Shown here piece after piece: positions 7,701 through 16,442 of a stretch of 64,000 nt of DNA. The notes beneath the pieces are model-generated. The model was given only the letters and a program-made list of their open reading frames with translations. It did not search any database and was not told the origin of the DNA. The translations under genes and the position numbers were made by a program. Location: assembly GCA_023136265.1 (NCBI GenBank), contig JAGLRN010000025.1:12470-76469 (forward strand), read 5' to 3'. This DNA comes from Thermoplasmata archaeon (GTDB taxonomy: Archaea; Thermoplasmatota; Thermoplasmata; RBG-16-68-12; JAGMCJ01). Within the stretch, counting starts at the first letter, position 1. Every line of letters starts with the position of its first letter.

Positions 7701-10467
7701 AGTTCTCCAGGACATCACTGTAATGCCCTTCAATCTCGCCTATTATCTCGACCATGTGAAGCGGCAGGAAGACGGGTTCGTCTCCCGCCACAACGCAGGC
7801 GAGGTACACGTGAGACCCTCTCTCGATGACGATCATACTGTTCCCGAAATCGAGCCTTTTAAGCCCTCCTTCACTTCTCGTCCTGAAGGAATCCTTGACG
7901 AATTCCTGCACAATGGTAAGCATGCCGGAGAAGATGTCCTCATCGATGTCCTCGCGGTACTTCCTAGTTTCATGTCCTATGAGCCTCCCATCGAGGTGGA
8001 CTAGGAAGACATCCTCCACCACATACGTCCCGTAGGACTTGATGGAGAGCTGTTTCGTCTCGTCGTGGCCGAAGACCTGATTATCGAAGGGCCTCTGGTA
8101 CGAGACAGACATGTCGACAGGGAGATCTCCTTCTTTCTTGGGTTTGACTCCCACCTCTATAGTCTTCGTCTCATTGGGATCTATCTCCGAGATTGTCTCT
8201 AGACCCCTGACTTCGAAATCACCTTCGAGTTTGATGTCGATGTTCTCGGACCTGAGGTTACCCTCGTTGATTATCTCCAGAATCAGGCGGTTCCATACGT
8301 CCGCCTCGAATCCCTTCGTAGGCATGTTGACAAATACCTTTGGATATTTGTCTTTGATGAAATCCTGAATCTTCTTTCCGGCTGACACCTCCGCTCTCCG
8401 AATAAGGTCCTTCGCCTGTACGATTTCCTGCTTCCCCAAGTACTCGTCTGCCATGCCAAGGAGCGCCTGCGCGTGTTCGATGTCGATGCCCATCGCCTTG
8501 GCTCCTGCAATCATCGTGGCTATACCCTGGCTCTTGGCTCCGAACCGCTCAATGATCTTCTCCTTCTCGGCCTCCCCCACTATGTCCCGAATCCTTCTGG
8601 AAAGCTCCATGACGGCGTCGTAATTCTCTTCGAAGAGGGCATCTCTTGCATCTTTCAGGAGGTCATTCGCATCTGAGACATCGGCCCCCATTCTCTCAAT
8701 ATCATCGATTGCGAACGATGCGCCCTCCAGTTCGTCCTGAGCCTTCGTGATGATATACAACCTCTTTGCCTTCTTGGCGGAGAGTTCAACTTTTGGAACG
8801 TAGGCCTCGATCTTCTGGAATTCCCCCCTCTCGAAGTCGGCGGACGCCTTGCGGTAGAAGGTTTCCGCTTCATCTACCTCCAGACCCAGCTTCTTCGAGT
8901 CGGTGATCATCACTTCCATTCTGAGAAGGCCGCCCTTTGCCAGGTCAACGACTCTCTCCTTCTTCGCCCTGTCAACGAGATTCCGCGCAATCTCAGCGTA
9001 CTGGAGTGCTTCGTCGATATGGCCCTCCTCAAGAGCTCTGAGTCCGTTCCTAACCGTTTCTCCTGCGGCTCCGATGTTGAGGTTCTCTTTTCTGGCCTCT
9101 TCTGCCTCCTTCTTGGCCTTTTGCAGGAGGTCCCTTGCAGCGACCGTGAGGGACTCCTTCAGACTCAGCGCCATCTCTTCGATTTCCGAGAGTATCTTCT
9201 CGGCCTTGGCCAGGTCTCTTACCTGGAAGGCCTGTTTCACTTCCTCGAATAAGTCCTCGACATAGGAGATGTCGACTCCGACCTTTCGAATCTCGTCAAC
9301 GATCTCCTTGATGTCCCCCAGTCTTTTCGACGCACCGAGCATTTGGATGGGAATGTCCTCATCCGTGGCTCCGAGTTTCCTCTTCTCCTTCGTGAGCCAG
9401 ATTCTAAGTTGAGACAGGTATCTGCGAGCGCGCCTATTGTCGCCCTTCTCCAGAGCTTCGCGCGCTTTCTCGGCTATGCCATCGGCCCGCGTTATGTCAA
9501 CCTCGATTGACTTGATGTACTCGATCTCCTGGCACATCGATTTGAGAGCGCTCTCGATTTCATTCCGGCGCGTCGCGCGATCCGCCTGTTTCCGAGCCTC
9601 CTTCGTCAGAGCCTTCACGTCATCGAATTCCCGCTTATGGAGAGCGGTCTCGGCCTGGCGGAGAGTCTCCTCGATTTCGCCAGTGTCCGCCCCTGTAGCC
9701 CTGGACGAATGCAGGGATTCCTCCGCTTTTTCGATGAGGTCGGAGGCTCTTTTGAACCGCTTGACCTCGTTGACCTCGGTGCGGGCTAGCTTCAGATATT
9801 CCTGGACTTCCCCATAGACAGCCCTTTCAAAGGACTCCTCGGCGCTCCTGAAGTATTCTCTGGCGACATCGATGTCTGCCCCGATTTCGTAGGCATAGTC
9901 GAGTTTTGGCTTGAAGTTCTGAATCATCACGCGGGCTCTTCTATTCCTCTTCGCCTCTGTGGCTTGCTTCTTTGCCTTCCTCACGAACTCGACGACATCA
10001 CCGTAGATGCCGCTTTCGAGAGCGATGTACGCCTTCTTGATGAGGTCGTGAGCTGTCGTGATGTCGGCACCGAGCTCTCGAGCCTTGTCGACGATGAGCT
10101 CGGCATTGAGAATCATGAGCTCTTTTTTCCTTTTCTCATTGGCCTCTCTTGACTTCCGAAGAAGGATCTTCGCCTTCCCCTCCGCCTCCTCGAAGTTCTC
10201 CTCTGACGCTATCCTTCTCACGTGGTCCAGAGCCACCTGTATGCTGGCGATCTCTGCACCGCTCTTCTTGGCGGACCTCAATGCTTTTTCCACGCTGGAG
10301 ATGAGCACCAGGACTCGCTTTTTCGCTGTGACGGCTCCAGTTTCTCTTCGAGGAACCTTCTCCTTCCCCGTCTCTGTGAGGGAATGACCGCAGTAGTTGC
10401 AGAATCTGCTACCCGCTTCCAGCTTCGCCTCGCAACGGGGACATCCTATCCTCTTCTCGTCTCCCAT
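4771..10467 (-). CDS. Giant cytoplasmic protein: N-terminal zinc ribbon, about 15 helical-bundle repeats, two [Ig-like + Roadblock/longin-like] modules, C-terminal IleRS-C-terminal-like domain
   Basis: 1898-aa ORF. It has CPRC..CNYC, recurring 'G(A/V)Dh..A..L...A...h..G.Y' repeats and a duplicated 'GTYhVEDVFLhH..G.Lh..E.RKYRED' module. Its C-terminus is collinear with the IleRS C-terminal region. No signal peptide or TM segment is visible. Confidence 0.9.
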   Translation of the reverse strand: MGDEKRIGCPRCEAKLEAGSRFCNYCGHSLTETGKEKVPRRETGAVTAKKRVLVLISSVEKALRSAKKSGAEIASIQVALDHVRRIASEENFEEAEGKAKILLRKSREANEKRKKELMILNAELIVDKARELGADITTAHDLIKKAYIALESGIYGDVVEFVRKAKKQATEAKRNRRARVMIQNFKPKLDYAYEIGADIDVAREYFRSAEESFERAVYGEVQEYLKLARTEVNEVKRFKRASDLIEKAEESLHSSRATGADTGEIEETLRQAETALHKREFDDVKALTKEARKQADRATRRNEIESALKSMCQEIEYIKSIEVDITRADGIAEKAREALEKGDNRRARRYLSQLRIWLTKEKRKLGATDEDIPIQMLGASKRLGDIKEIVDEIRKVGVDISYVEDLFEEVKQAFQVRDLAKAEKILSEIEEMALSLKESLTVAARDLLQKAKKEAEEARKENLNIGAAGETVRNGLRALEEGHIDEALQYAEIARNLVDRAKKERVVDLAKGGLLRMEVMITDSKKLGLEVDEAETFYRKASADFERGEFQKIEAYVPKVELSAKKAKRLYIITKAQDELEGASFAIDDIERMGADVSDANDLLKDARDALFEENYDAVMELSRRIRDIVGEAEKEKIIERFGAKSQGIATMIAGAKAMGIDIEHAQALLGMADEYLGKQEIVQAKDLIRRAEVSAGKKIQDFIKDKYPKVFVNMPTKGFEADVWNRLILEIINEGNLRSENIDIKLEGDFEVRGLETISEIDPNETKTIEVGVKPKKEGDLPVDMSVSYQRPFDNQVFGHDETKQLSIKSYGTYVVEDVFLVHLDGRLIGHETRKYREDIDEDIFSGMLTIVQEFVKDSFRTRSEGGLKRLDFGNSMIVIERGSHVYLACVVAGDEPVFLPLHMVEIIGEIEGHYSDVLENWSGLLTELEGVDEIIRRLMYVSDAAGADLVGLEKSRVVQTIGAIEEAKKAGADITEAEILIQDAMENMDKQDWKNAWDLVREAEDSANSARVQYIAMVEDQLAAAKEIVDKANELGIRMNEAEELFEIATQAINTGQFATITSIIDRIKDIISRGGLEIERLESEKNMREARLLVEAAKQEGLDVFEAERLLRSAESSYQSSDVDEVSSLLASVGGVVEKSRNKRWKGEIERRVDSLTSIVAKAREVGFDVTEANGLMVDARKVLESDDIDKMEAYLERLESPVEEIKKKLLLAEAEKRLSEIVTLVNRAKEAGLGVEEETQLTSDARSILDEGNLDELERIIMAVESSAGEKIDEFLKDKRPRLHVRLPKKGFQEDAWNRYRVEVENRGNLGAKDVEVRLDGDFEVKGLEPISEMDVNEKKHLDVGIKPKKSGEIPIDASISYRRPFDDKNYETYAQENLNVENAGTYLVEDVFLIHNQGNLVVRESRKYREDLNEKKFSTMIGAVQSFVKDSFSQQGSTGLSKLDFGESKVLVERGKSVHLAAVVMGDEPRLLSLYIIEILKEIEGTYGGVLLDWNGSMEGLEGIREIVRRLLFMSEFPGAELGALDDSVISRAFGLGRTPEPALARDEAEKLISDITKEIEEMGYEDIWKKVAESIPTAEGEEGEMPPGMTRDEAFSALSVEILKSEVGELDDEEKLRDYLALINGITSAVETARSEKVVDSDVPVLVAVLPDTQEIRETVETFERVIKGEANIRGLETVPVGDEWDGLKIEAIPHLDMILGKYRFWARKIETLLKSQSAWKIKRGLDKGAYFLGIEGQSVEISPSMVSFEILLPDNVVRRKFSGGSLYVSFPQTAEADDSTPSSGLAEGAEADGADELSITTEIVGRILEMRSDMNLEDEQRVEVKISANEDLLAELESQKDRIARETNSKSLDFVTKENIEGEDGYTIEWQVADETFMISLRQSQEAGSPA

Positions 10468-10701
10468 CGAATCGCACAGCCTCTTCCTCCATAAGTTGTT
10501 GGAAGCCGTGTATAAATGTGACTGCCTTGTTATCAGACTTGATACTTCCAGGTGTTCCGAATGAAATCACTTTTTGGCAGGAGAAATGAGATCGCAGGAA
10601 TGCATCTCTCGGGGCTACCGACGATTGGCAGAGTTAACCTTAAACAAGGTTAACCTGAATTCACTAGCTTGCGAGTGACTACTGGCCACAGTGCACAAGT
10701 G

Positions 10702-10709
10702 TTATATAG
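10702..10709 (+). promoter_or_regulatory. Putative TATA box of the ribosomal superoperon
   Basis: TTATATAG lies just upstream of the structured leader and about 150 nt before rpl3. Confidence 0.55.
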
Positions 10710-10725
10710 GGCTGCTATCATCTGA

Positions 10726-10840
10726 CTGACGCTCTGCCTTGGCCAGACGCTATGGGAGAACAAAGAACCCAGCGATATGTCCCACTCCTTTTGGGGCGTA
10801 CCTGAGGCGCCACGGTCAAGGACCCAACTCGGAGCGTCGG
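10726..10840 (+). promoter_or_regulatory. Structured 5' leader of the rpl3 operon (candidate ribosomal-protein autoregulatory leader)
   Basis: Nested helices 10726-10736/10830-10840 (11 bp), 10737-10744/10814-10821 (8 bp), 10748-10751/10771-10774 and 10776-10784/10792-10800. Confidence 0.55.
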
Positions 10841-10856
10841 AATCGGAGAAGCAAGA

Positions 10857-11855
10857 ATGCCGAAAAGACACAGGCCCAGACATGGCTCCATGGGGTATTC
10901 TCCCCGCAAGCGTGCCGCGAGTGAGGTCCCGAGATTCTCATCTTGGCCCGATATTAGCGATGGCCCTAGAATCCAGGGGTTCGCAGGATACAAGGCCGGA
11001 ATGACTCATGCGCTTGTCGTGGACTACAGAAAAACGAGCACGACCAGTGGCCAGGAGGTTCAGATCCCTGTCACGGTAATCGAGGTCCCTCCGATGAAGG
11101 TCGCTGCTGTACGACTATACAAGGAAACGCCTTACGGCCTCAAGACTATCACCGAGATCTGGTCCCAGAAGCTTGACAAGCAGCTCAGAAGGAGGCTCCC
11201 AGTACCGAAGAAGTATGATACTGACAAGGCGTGGAAGGAGGTTGACCCGGTCAAGGTGGACGAGGTCAGAGTGCTCGTGTACACACAGCCATATCTGGTC
11301 ACAGGCGTTCCCAAGAAATCGCCTGATATCATGGAGAACAGAATCGGTGGAGGGACGATTGAGGAGAGGCTTGAGTACGCGAGGAAGATCATCGGCAAGG
11401 ACATCAAGATCGAGGATTTCACCAGAGAAGGGGACGTCATTGACGTCGCAGCGGTGACAAAGGGCAAGGGCTTCGGCGGCCACCACAAGAGATGGGGAAC
11501 GAAGCTCCTCTCGCACAAGGACAGCAAGAAGCGAAGAGGCGTCGGAACGACCGGGACATTCAGACCGGGATACACGAGGCCGACTGTTCCGCAAGCTGGC
11601 CAGATTGGATACCACCAGAGGACGGAGTACAACAAGAGGGTCCTCAAGATGGGAGAGAACGGAGAGAGAATCACACCGGAAGGAGGATTCCTCTCGTACG
11701 GCGCCGTGAGGAATGGCTACATCCTCCTTCACGGTTCGGTCCCAGGTCCGACAAAGAGACTCGTGAGACTGAGGAATGCGATAAGACCAACCGTTGCACC
11801 CGTTGACAAGATTGATCTTGAATACATATCAACAACATCGAAGCAGGGAGCTTGA
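10857..11855 (+). CDS. rpl3: 50S ribosomal protein L3 (uL3)
   Basis: RPRHGSMGYSPRKRA, GFAGYKAGMTH, VTKGKGF, GQIGYHQRTEYNKR. Confidence 0.98.
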   Translation: MPKRHRPRHGSMGYSPRKRAASEVPRFSSWPDISDGPRIQGFAGYKAGMTHALVVDYRKTSTTSGQEVQIPVTVIEVPPMKVAAVRLYKETPYGLKTITEIWSQKLDKQLRRRLPVPKKYDTDKAWKEVDPVKVDEVRVLVYTQPYLVTGVPKKSPDIMENRIGGGTIEERLEYARKIIGKDIKIEDFTREGDVIDVAAVTKGKGFGGHHKRWGTKLLSHKDSKKRRGVGTTGTFRPGYTRPTVPQAGQIGYHQRTEYNKRVLKMGENGERITPEGGFLSYGAVRNGYILLHGSVPGPTKRLVRLRNAIRPTVAPVDKIDLEYISTTSKQGA

Positions 11856-12634
11856 TGGCGAAGAAGAAGATGAAGGACAACGAAGTGAATGTCTACTCGG
11901 TCGAGGGCAAGGTAGTCAAAACCATCGAGCTTCCAGAAGTGTTCATGACCAGCATCAGGACTGACCTCATACGGAGGGCGGTGGTCTCGGCTCAGGCCAA
12001 CAGACGGCAGTCATACGGTCCGAACCCCAGGTCAGGCATGAGACATGCGGTCTCCACGTGGGGAAAGGGTCGAGGAGTCTCCCGTGTCCAGAGGATGACA
12101 GGGCAGCGCACGGCGGCGGAATCTCCGGGTACCGTTGGCGGCAGAAAAGCGCATCCGCCAAGACCCGACCATGACTGGTCGAAGAAGATAAACAAGAAGG
12201 AGAGGATGATGGCAAGGGCATCGGCTCTCGCCGCGACAAGGGACACCGGGCTCGTGACAGGGCGCGGACACATCTTCGAGGCTGATCTGACGCTTCCAGT
12301 GGTTGTCGAGGACGACATCGAGGTCCTGAAGACGACGCAGGAAGCGACTGAGCTTCTCAGATCCGTCAAGGTCTATGATGACGTGCTCCGTGCGAGTAAG
12401 AAGAAGATCCGGGCGGGCCGCGGAAAGATGAGGGACAGGAAGTACAGACGGCCCAGGAGTGTTCTCGTTGCCCTCTCATCCAGCTCAGAATCGAGCCGCG
12501 CATTCACCAACATACCGGGCGTGGATGTCTCCTCTTCGAAGCAGTTGAACACGGAGATTCTTGCTCCTGGAGGAGAGCCGGGAAGGCTCGTTCTCTTCAG
12601 TGAGAGCGCTCTGGAGGAGTTGAGAGCATGGTAG
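11852..12634 (+). CDS. rpl4: 50S ribosomal protein L4 (uL4)
   Basis: RTDLIRRAV, WGKGRGVSRV, GGRKAHPP, KKIRAGRGKMR, LAPGGEPGRL. Confidence 0.97.
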   Translation: MMAKKKMKDNEVNVYSVEGKVVKTIELPEVFMTSIRTDLIRRAVVSAQANRRQSYGPNPRSGMRHAVSTWGKGRGVSRVQRMTGQRTAAESPGTVGGRKAHPPRPDHDWSKKINKKERMMARASALAATRDTGLVTGRGHIFEADLTLPVVVEDDIEVLKTTQEATELLRSVKVYDDVLRASKKKIRAGRGKMRDRKYRRPRSVLVALSSSSESSRAFTNIPGVDVSSSKQLNTEILAPGGEPGRLVLFSESALEELRAW

Positions 12635-12918
12635 ATGGTCGCGAGTTCGAGGTTCTCCTGCATCCCTACGTCACGGAGAAGACGATGACTGGCATCGATG
12701 GCTCGGCGAAGCAGGACCTCAAGGATGGGAACAGGCTGGAGTTCATAGTGAAGAGATCCGCGACCAAGGGGGAAATCAAGGAGGCCTTTGAGAGTCTCTT
12801 CGAGGTCAAGGTGGAGAAGGTCAACACGAAGATAAGAAAGGATGGAAAGCACGCGATAATCAAGCTCAAAGAAGGCTATTCCGCAAAGGATGTTGGCGAT
12901 AGGATCGGGGTGTTCTAA
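12628..12918 (+). CDS. rpl23: 50S ribosomal protein L23 (uL23)
   Basis: HPYVTEKT, NRLEFIV..ATKGEIK..FEVKVEKVNT, and operon position. Confidence 0.96.
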   Translation: MVDGREFEVLLHPYVTEKTMTGIDGSAKQDLKDGNRLEFIVKRSATKGEIKEAFESLFEVKVEKVNTKIRKDGKHAIIKLKEGYSAKDVGDRIGVF

Positions 12919-13620
12919 ATGGGGAAGAGACTAAGGTCGCAAAGAAGGGGCAAAGGCTCCCGCACGTACTCCTCACCCAGCCACAGGCATAGGGGACCGG
13001 TTAATCTGCCCAAGCTGGATGATCTTGATGGAGTGGTCGTGGACCTCGTCCATTCCCCGGGCCACACCGCCCCGCTCGCCAAGGTTAGGTTCGGTGAGAA
13101 GGAAGTGCTCATGCTTGCCTCTGATGGCCTGCAGGTCGGTGAGACCGTTAGCATCGGGAAGGTCTCGGTAGAGCGAGGTCATATCCTCCCACTGAGTAGG
13201 ATCCCGGAGAGCACTCTCGTTTTCGATGTGGAGTCCAAACCAGGAGATGGAGGGAAGTTCGCCCGCTCGGCTGGGACTGCCGCCATGATTGTCAGCCACG
13301 GTGCGGAGACGGTCATAAGGCTCCCGTCGGGGAAGTACAGATCATTCGATCCTAAATGCAGAGCCATTGTCGGCGTCGTTGCCGGAAGTGGAAGAGGAGA
13401 GAAACCCTTCGCAAAGGCAGGTAAGAAGGTGAACGCCTACAGGAGCAAAGCGAAGGCTCCATTCAGGACGAGCGGGGTCGCGATGAATCCGGTGAACCAC
13501 CCCCACGGAGGCGGCAGCCACCAGCATGTGGGCAAGCCGAGCACTGTCTCGGCCAACGCGCCACCAGGGAGAAAGGTCGGAAGGTTGTCCCAGAAGAAGA
13601 AGAAGAAGAGGAGGAATTGA
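12919..13620 (+). CDS. rpl2: 50S ribosomal protein L2 (uL2)
   Basis: MGKRLRSQRRGKG, PGDGGKFARSAG, GVAMNPVNHPHGGG. Confidence 0.98.
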   Translation: MGKRLRSQRRGKGSRTYSSPSHRHRGPVNLPKLDDLDGVVVDLVHSPGHTAPLAKVRFGEKEVLMLASDGLQVGETVSIGKVSVERGHILPLSRIPESTLVFDVESKPGDGGKFARSAGTAAMIVSHGAETVIRLPSGKYRSFDPKCRAIVGVVAGSGRGEKPFAKAGKKVNAYRSKAKAPFRTSGVAMNPVNHPHGGGSHQHVGKPSTVSANAPPGRKVGRLSQKKKKKRRN

Positions 13621-13621
13621 G

Positions 13622-14086
13622 ATGGCAAAGACAAAGACTTCAGGTTCCTCAAAAGCCGCCAGAAGGCGCTTGAGAAAGAAGAAAGGTGCTATTGAGGTTC
13701 GAAGGAAGAAGGAGTTCGCATACAGAGGATTCAGCCTTCCAGAACTGCAGGAAATGCCCTTCGACCAGTTCGTCGAGCTACTGCCAGCAAGAGCGAGAAG
13801 GACCATCACCAGAGGGCTCAACGACGAGCAGAAGACGCTCGTGGACAAGATCAGAGCAAGCGAAAAGGAAGTGCTGAGAACTCACAGAAGAGAGATAATC
13901 ATCCTCCCTGACTTCGTCGGAAAGAGGGTAGACGTCTATAACGGGAAAGAGTTCGTCAGGGTCGACATCAAACCAGAGATGATTGGCCACTATCTTGGCG
14001 AATTCGCCCTCACCCGGAAACCCGTGAAGCATTCGGGCCCGGGCGTGGGAGCTACACGATCATCCAAGTACATGCCACTGAAGTAG
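13622..14086 (+). CDS. rps19: 30S ribosomal protein S19 (uS19) with basic N-terminal extension
   Basis: KEFAYRG, RTHRR, YNGKEF, MIGHYLGEF, GVGATRSS. ATG is at 13622. Confidence 0.97.
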   Translation: MAKTKTSGSSKAARRRLRKKKGAIEVRRKKEFAYRGFSLPELQEMPFDQFVELLPARARRTITRGLNDEQKTLVDKIRASEKEVLRTHRREIIILPDFVGKRVDVYNGKEFVRVDIKPEMIGHYLGEFALTRKPVKHSGPGVGATRSSKYMPLK

Positions 14087-14093
14087 GAGGAGA

Positions 14094-14543
14094 ATGATGG
14101 GTTACACCGCAACACCGGAAGAAGAAGACATCGCGAAGGCAATCGGGAAGGAGATTCCAATATCACCGAAGAAGTCCGTGGAAGTTTGCACAGCACTAAG
14201 GGGAATGAACGTCGAGGACGCGAAGGAGCTCCTCGAGGAGGTCATCGAGAAGAGGAGAATCATCCCCTACAGAAGATACAGAAAGACGATTTCCCACAAG
14301 AAGGGCGGAGTGGCGGGAGGCTACCCAGTTCGCGTTGCCAAGGCCATACTCAAGATTCTCGAGGATGCGCAGTCGAACGCGGAGGTGAACGAGCTCGACC
14401 CGGAGACAATGAGAATCGAGGTCATTGCTGCCCATCTCGGTCGGCGGACGGAGGGATTCAAGGCGAGAGCGCGGGGAAGGAGCACGAGTTGGAACAAGGA
14501 GACGGTCAACATCGAGGTCATACTCAGGAGCGAGGAGGATTAG
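14094..14543 (+). CDS. rpl22: 50S ribosomal protein L22 (uL22)
   Basis: ISPKKSVEVC, GGYPVRVAK, RARGRS. Confidence 0.97.
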   Translation: MMGYTATPEEEDIAKAIGKEIPISPKKSVEVCTALRGMNVEDAKELLEEVIEKRRIIPYRRYRKTISHKKGGVAGGYPVRVAKAILKILEDAQSNAEVNELDPETMRIEVIAAHLGRRTEGFKARARGRSTSWNKETVNIEVILRSEED

Positions 14544-14544
14544 C

Positions 14545-15378
14545 TTGGCGAACGAGAGGAAGATTGTGGAAGAAAAAATCCGCAGGATACTCCTGAAGGA
14601 GCACCTCATGGCGAGGACGCGGAGAGCAGGCTTCGGCGGTCTGGACATTCAGAGGACTCCGATGGGATACAGGGTTACACTCGTCACTGAGAGACCTGGA
14701 TTGGTCATTGGACGGAAGGGAGCTACGATTAAGCAACTCACTCAGGCGGTCGAGGCGAAATTCGGGTTCGAGAATCCCCAGATCGAAGTCCAAGAGGTTG
14801 AGAATGCTAGCCTCAACTCGCAAATCATGGCCGAGAAACTGGCGAGTGCCCTCGAAAGAGGCTGGCACTTCAGGAGGGCGGGCCACTCAACGGTCAGGAG
14901 GATAATGGGATCCGGGGCCAAAGGATGCCTTGTGGTCATCTCGGGCAAGATAACAGGCCAGCGGCACAGGATGGAGAAGTTCAAGGCTGGGCACATCAAA
15001 TTCTGTGGTGAACCCAAGCAGCTCTGGATGAGAGAGGGATTCGCCATCGCCAAGGTCAAACTCGGAGTCATTGGAGTGAAGGTACAGATCATGGACCCGA
15101 GAGCGAAACTTCCAGATGAAATCGAAATCGTCGACAGGGAACCGGAAGCCGAGGCCGAAGAACCTGCGGCAGAGGAGCCGACTGAGGTCGAGGATGCCCC
15201 TAGAGCCGAAACAGAACCCCCTCCAGACAAGGAAGTCTCGAACAAGAAGGCCCAACCAGAAGAAGTGAAGGACGAAGCGGAAACCAAGGAGGTTGAAGAT
15301 GGCACTGCTGAGGACGAGCGAGATAAGGGAGATGAACATAGAGGAGAGGCAGAAGAAGCTAAAAGAGCTCAGGAATGA
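14545..15378 (+). CDS. rps3: 30S ribosomal protein S3 (uS3) with acidic C-terminal tail
   Basis: TTG start. RAGFGG, RPGLVIGRKGATI (KH domain), LERGWHFRRAG, KLGVIGVKVQI. Confidence 0.96.
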   Translation: MANERKIVEEKIRRILLKEHLMARTRRAGFGGLDIQRTPMGYRVTLVTERPGLVIGRKGATIKQLTQAVEAKFGFENPQIEVQEVENASLNSQIMAEKLASALERGWHFRRAGHSTVRRIMGSGAKGCLVVISGKITGQRHRMEKFKAGHIKFCGEPKQLWMREGFAIAKVKLGVIGVKVQIMDPRAKLPDEIEIVDREPEAEAEEPAAEEPTEVEDAPRAETEPPPDKEVSNKKAQPEEVKDEAETKEVEDGTAEDERDKGDEHRGEAEEAKRAQE

Positions 15379-15532
15379 CCTCATGCACGAAAGAGGAGTC
15401 GCAGCCATGGGCGGTGCCCCAGCAAGTCCAGGTAGGATTAGGGCGATTAGGTCCAACATATCACGATTACTCACGATAATCCGGGAAGAGGAGACGAAAG
15501 AGAAGGAGGCAGTCAAGGAGGATAAGAAATAA
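15299..15532 (+). CDS. rpl29: 50S ribosomal protein L29 (uL29)
   Basis: [31 protein letters not shown]. Confidence 0.95.
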   Translation: MALLRTSEIREMNIEERQKKLKELRNDLMHERGVAAMGGAPASPGRIRAIRSNISRLLTIIREEETKEKEAVKEDKK

Positions 15533-15831
15533 TGGCTGGGATCTGCCCAGTTTGTGGGCTTCCACAAGAATTGTGCATGTGCGAAGAGATAGCAAGGGAA
15601 CAGCAGCGCATAAGGATCTACAGTGACAGGAGGCGTTATGGAAAGGTGGTCACAATCGTCGAGGGAATCGATGCCGCCGACATCGACGTCGAGGACCTGG
15701 CAAAGAGGCTGAAGACGAAGTGCGCTGCAGGCGGCACAGTGAAGGGAGGACGAATCGAGCTCCAGGGAGAACACAAGAAGAAGGTCAAGCTTGCCCTGGA
15801 GAAAATAGGGTTCACAGTCGAGATCAGATGA
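15532..15831 (+). CDS. sui1: Translation initiation factor SUI1/aIF1
   Basis: [35 protein letters not shown]. Confidence 0.95.
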   Translation: MAGICPVCGLPQELCMCEEIAREQQRIRIYSDRRRYGKVVTIVEGIDAADIDVEDLAKRLKTKCAAGGTVKGGRIELQGEHKKKVKLALEKIGFTVEIR

Positions 15832-15832
15832 T

Positions 15833-16096
15833 GTGAAGAGGTCTACGATGCTCCACAAACATGAGCTGATAGGGCTGGAAGCAGAGATCATCAGCTCGAC
15901 TTGCAGTACCCTTGTCGGGTTCAGGGGGACTGTGGTGGACGAGACCAAGAACACCATAGTGATTGAGGTGAAGGACGTGGAAAAGACGATACCGAAGCGG
16001 GGAACGCTGTTCAGGTTCCATATCGACGGAGGCATTGACATAGATGGAGCGAGACTCCTCCACCGTCCGGAAGACAGGACAAAACGAGCGAGGTGA
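15833..16096 (+). CDS. rnp1: Ribonuclease P protein subunit Rpp29/Pop4
   Basis: HELIGL, GTVVDETKNT, IPK, RPEDR. Confidence 0.93.
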   Translation: MKRSTMLHKHELIGLEAEIISSTCSTLVGFRGTVVDETKNTIVIEVKDVEKTIPKRGTLFRFHIDGGIDIDGARLLHRPEDRTKRAR

Positions 16097-16099
16097 AGC

Positions 16100-16438
16100 A
16101 TGCAGAAGAAGAAGGCGAGAGACATCGGAATCGACGTTCCCACTCCAAAGAAGAGTTGCGACGACGCATACTGTCCTTTCCATGGGAATCTTCCGGTAAG
16201 GGGTCAGATCCTGGAGGGGAAAGTGAAGTCCGACCGGATGAAGAACACAATAGTCGTGGAAAGGGAGTACATCAGGCTGATACCGAAGTACGAGAGATAC
16301 GAGAAGCGGACAAGGAAATACCTGGCTCACAGCCCCCCATGTCTGGAGGTCGAGCTCGGAGACAGGGTGGCGATAATGGAATGCCGCCCGCTCAGCAAGA
16401 CGGTCACATACGTTGCGATCGAGAAGAGGGAGGATTAG
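16100..16438 (+). CDS. rps17: 30S ribosomal protein S17 (uS17)
   Basis: [28 protein letters not shown]. Confidence 0.97.
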   Translation: MQKKKARDIGIDVPTPKKSCDDAYCPFHGNLPVRGQILEGKVKSDRMKNTIVVEREYIRLIPKYERYEKRTRKYLAHSPPCLEVELGDRVAIMECRPLSKTVTYVAIEKRED

Positions 16439-16442
16439 CCGA

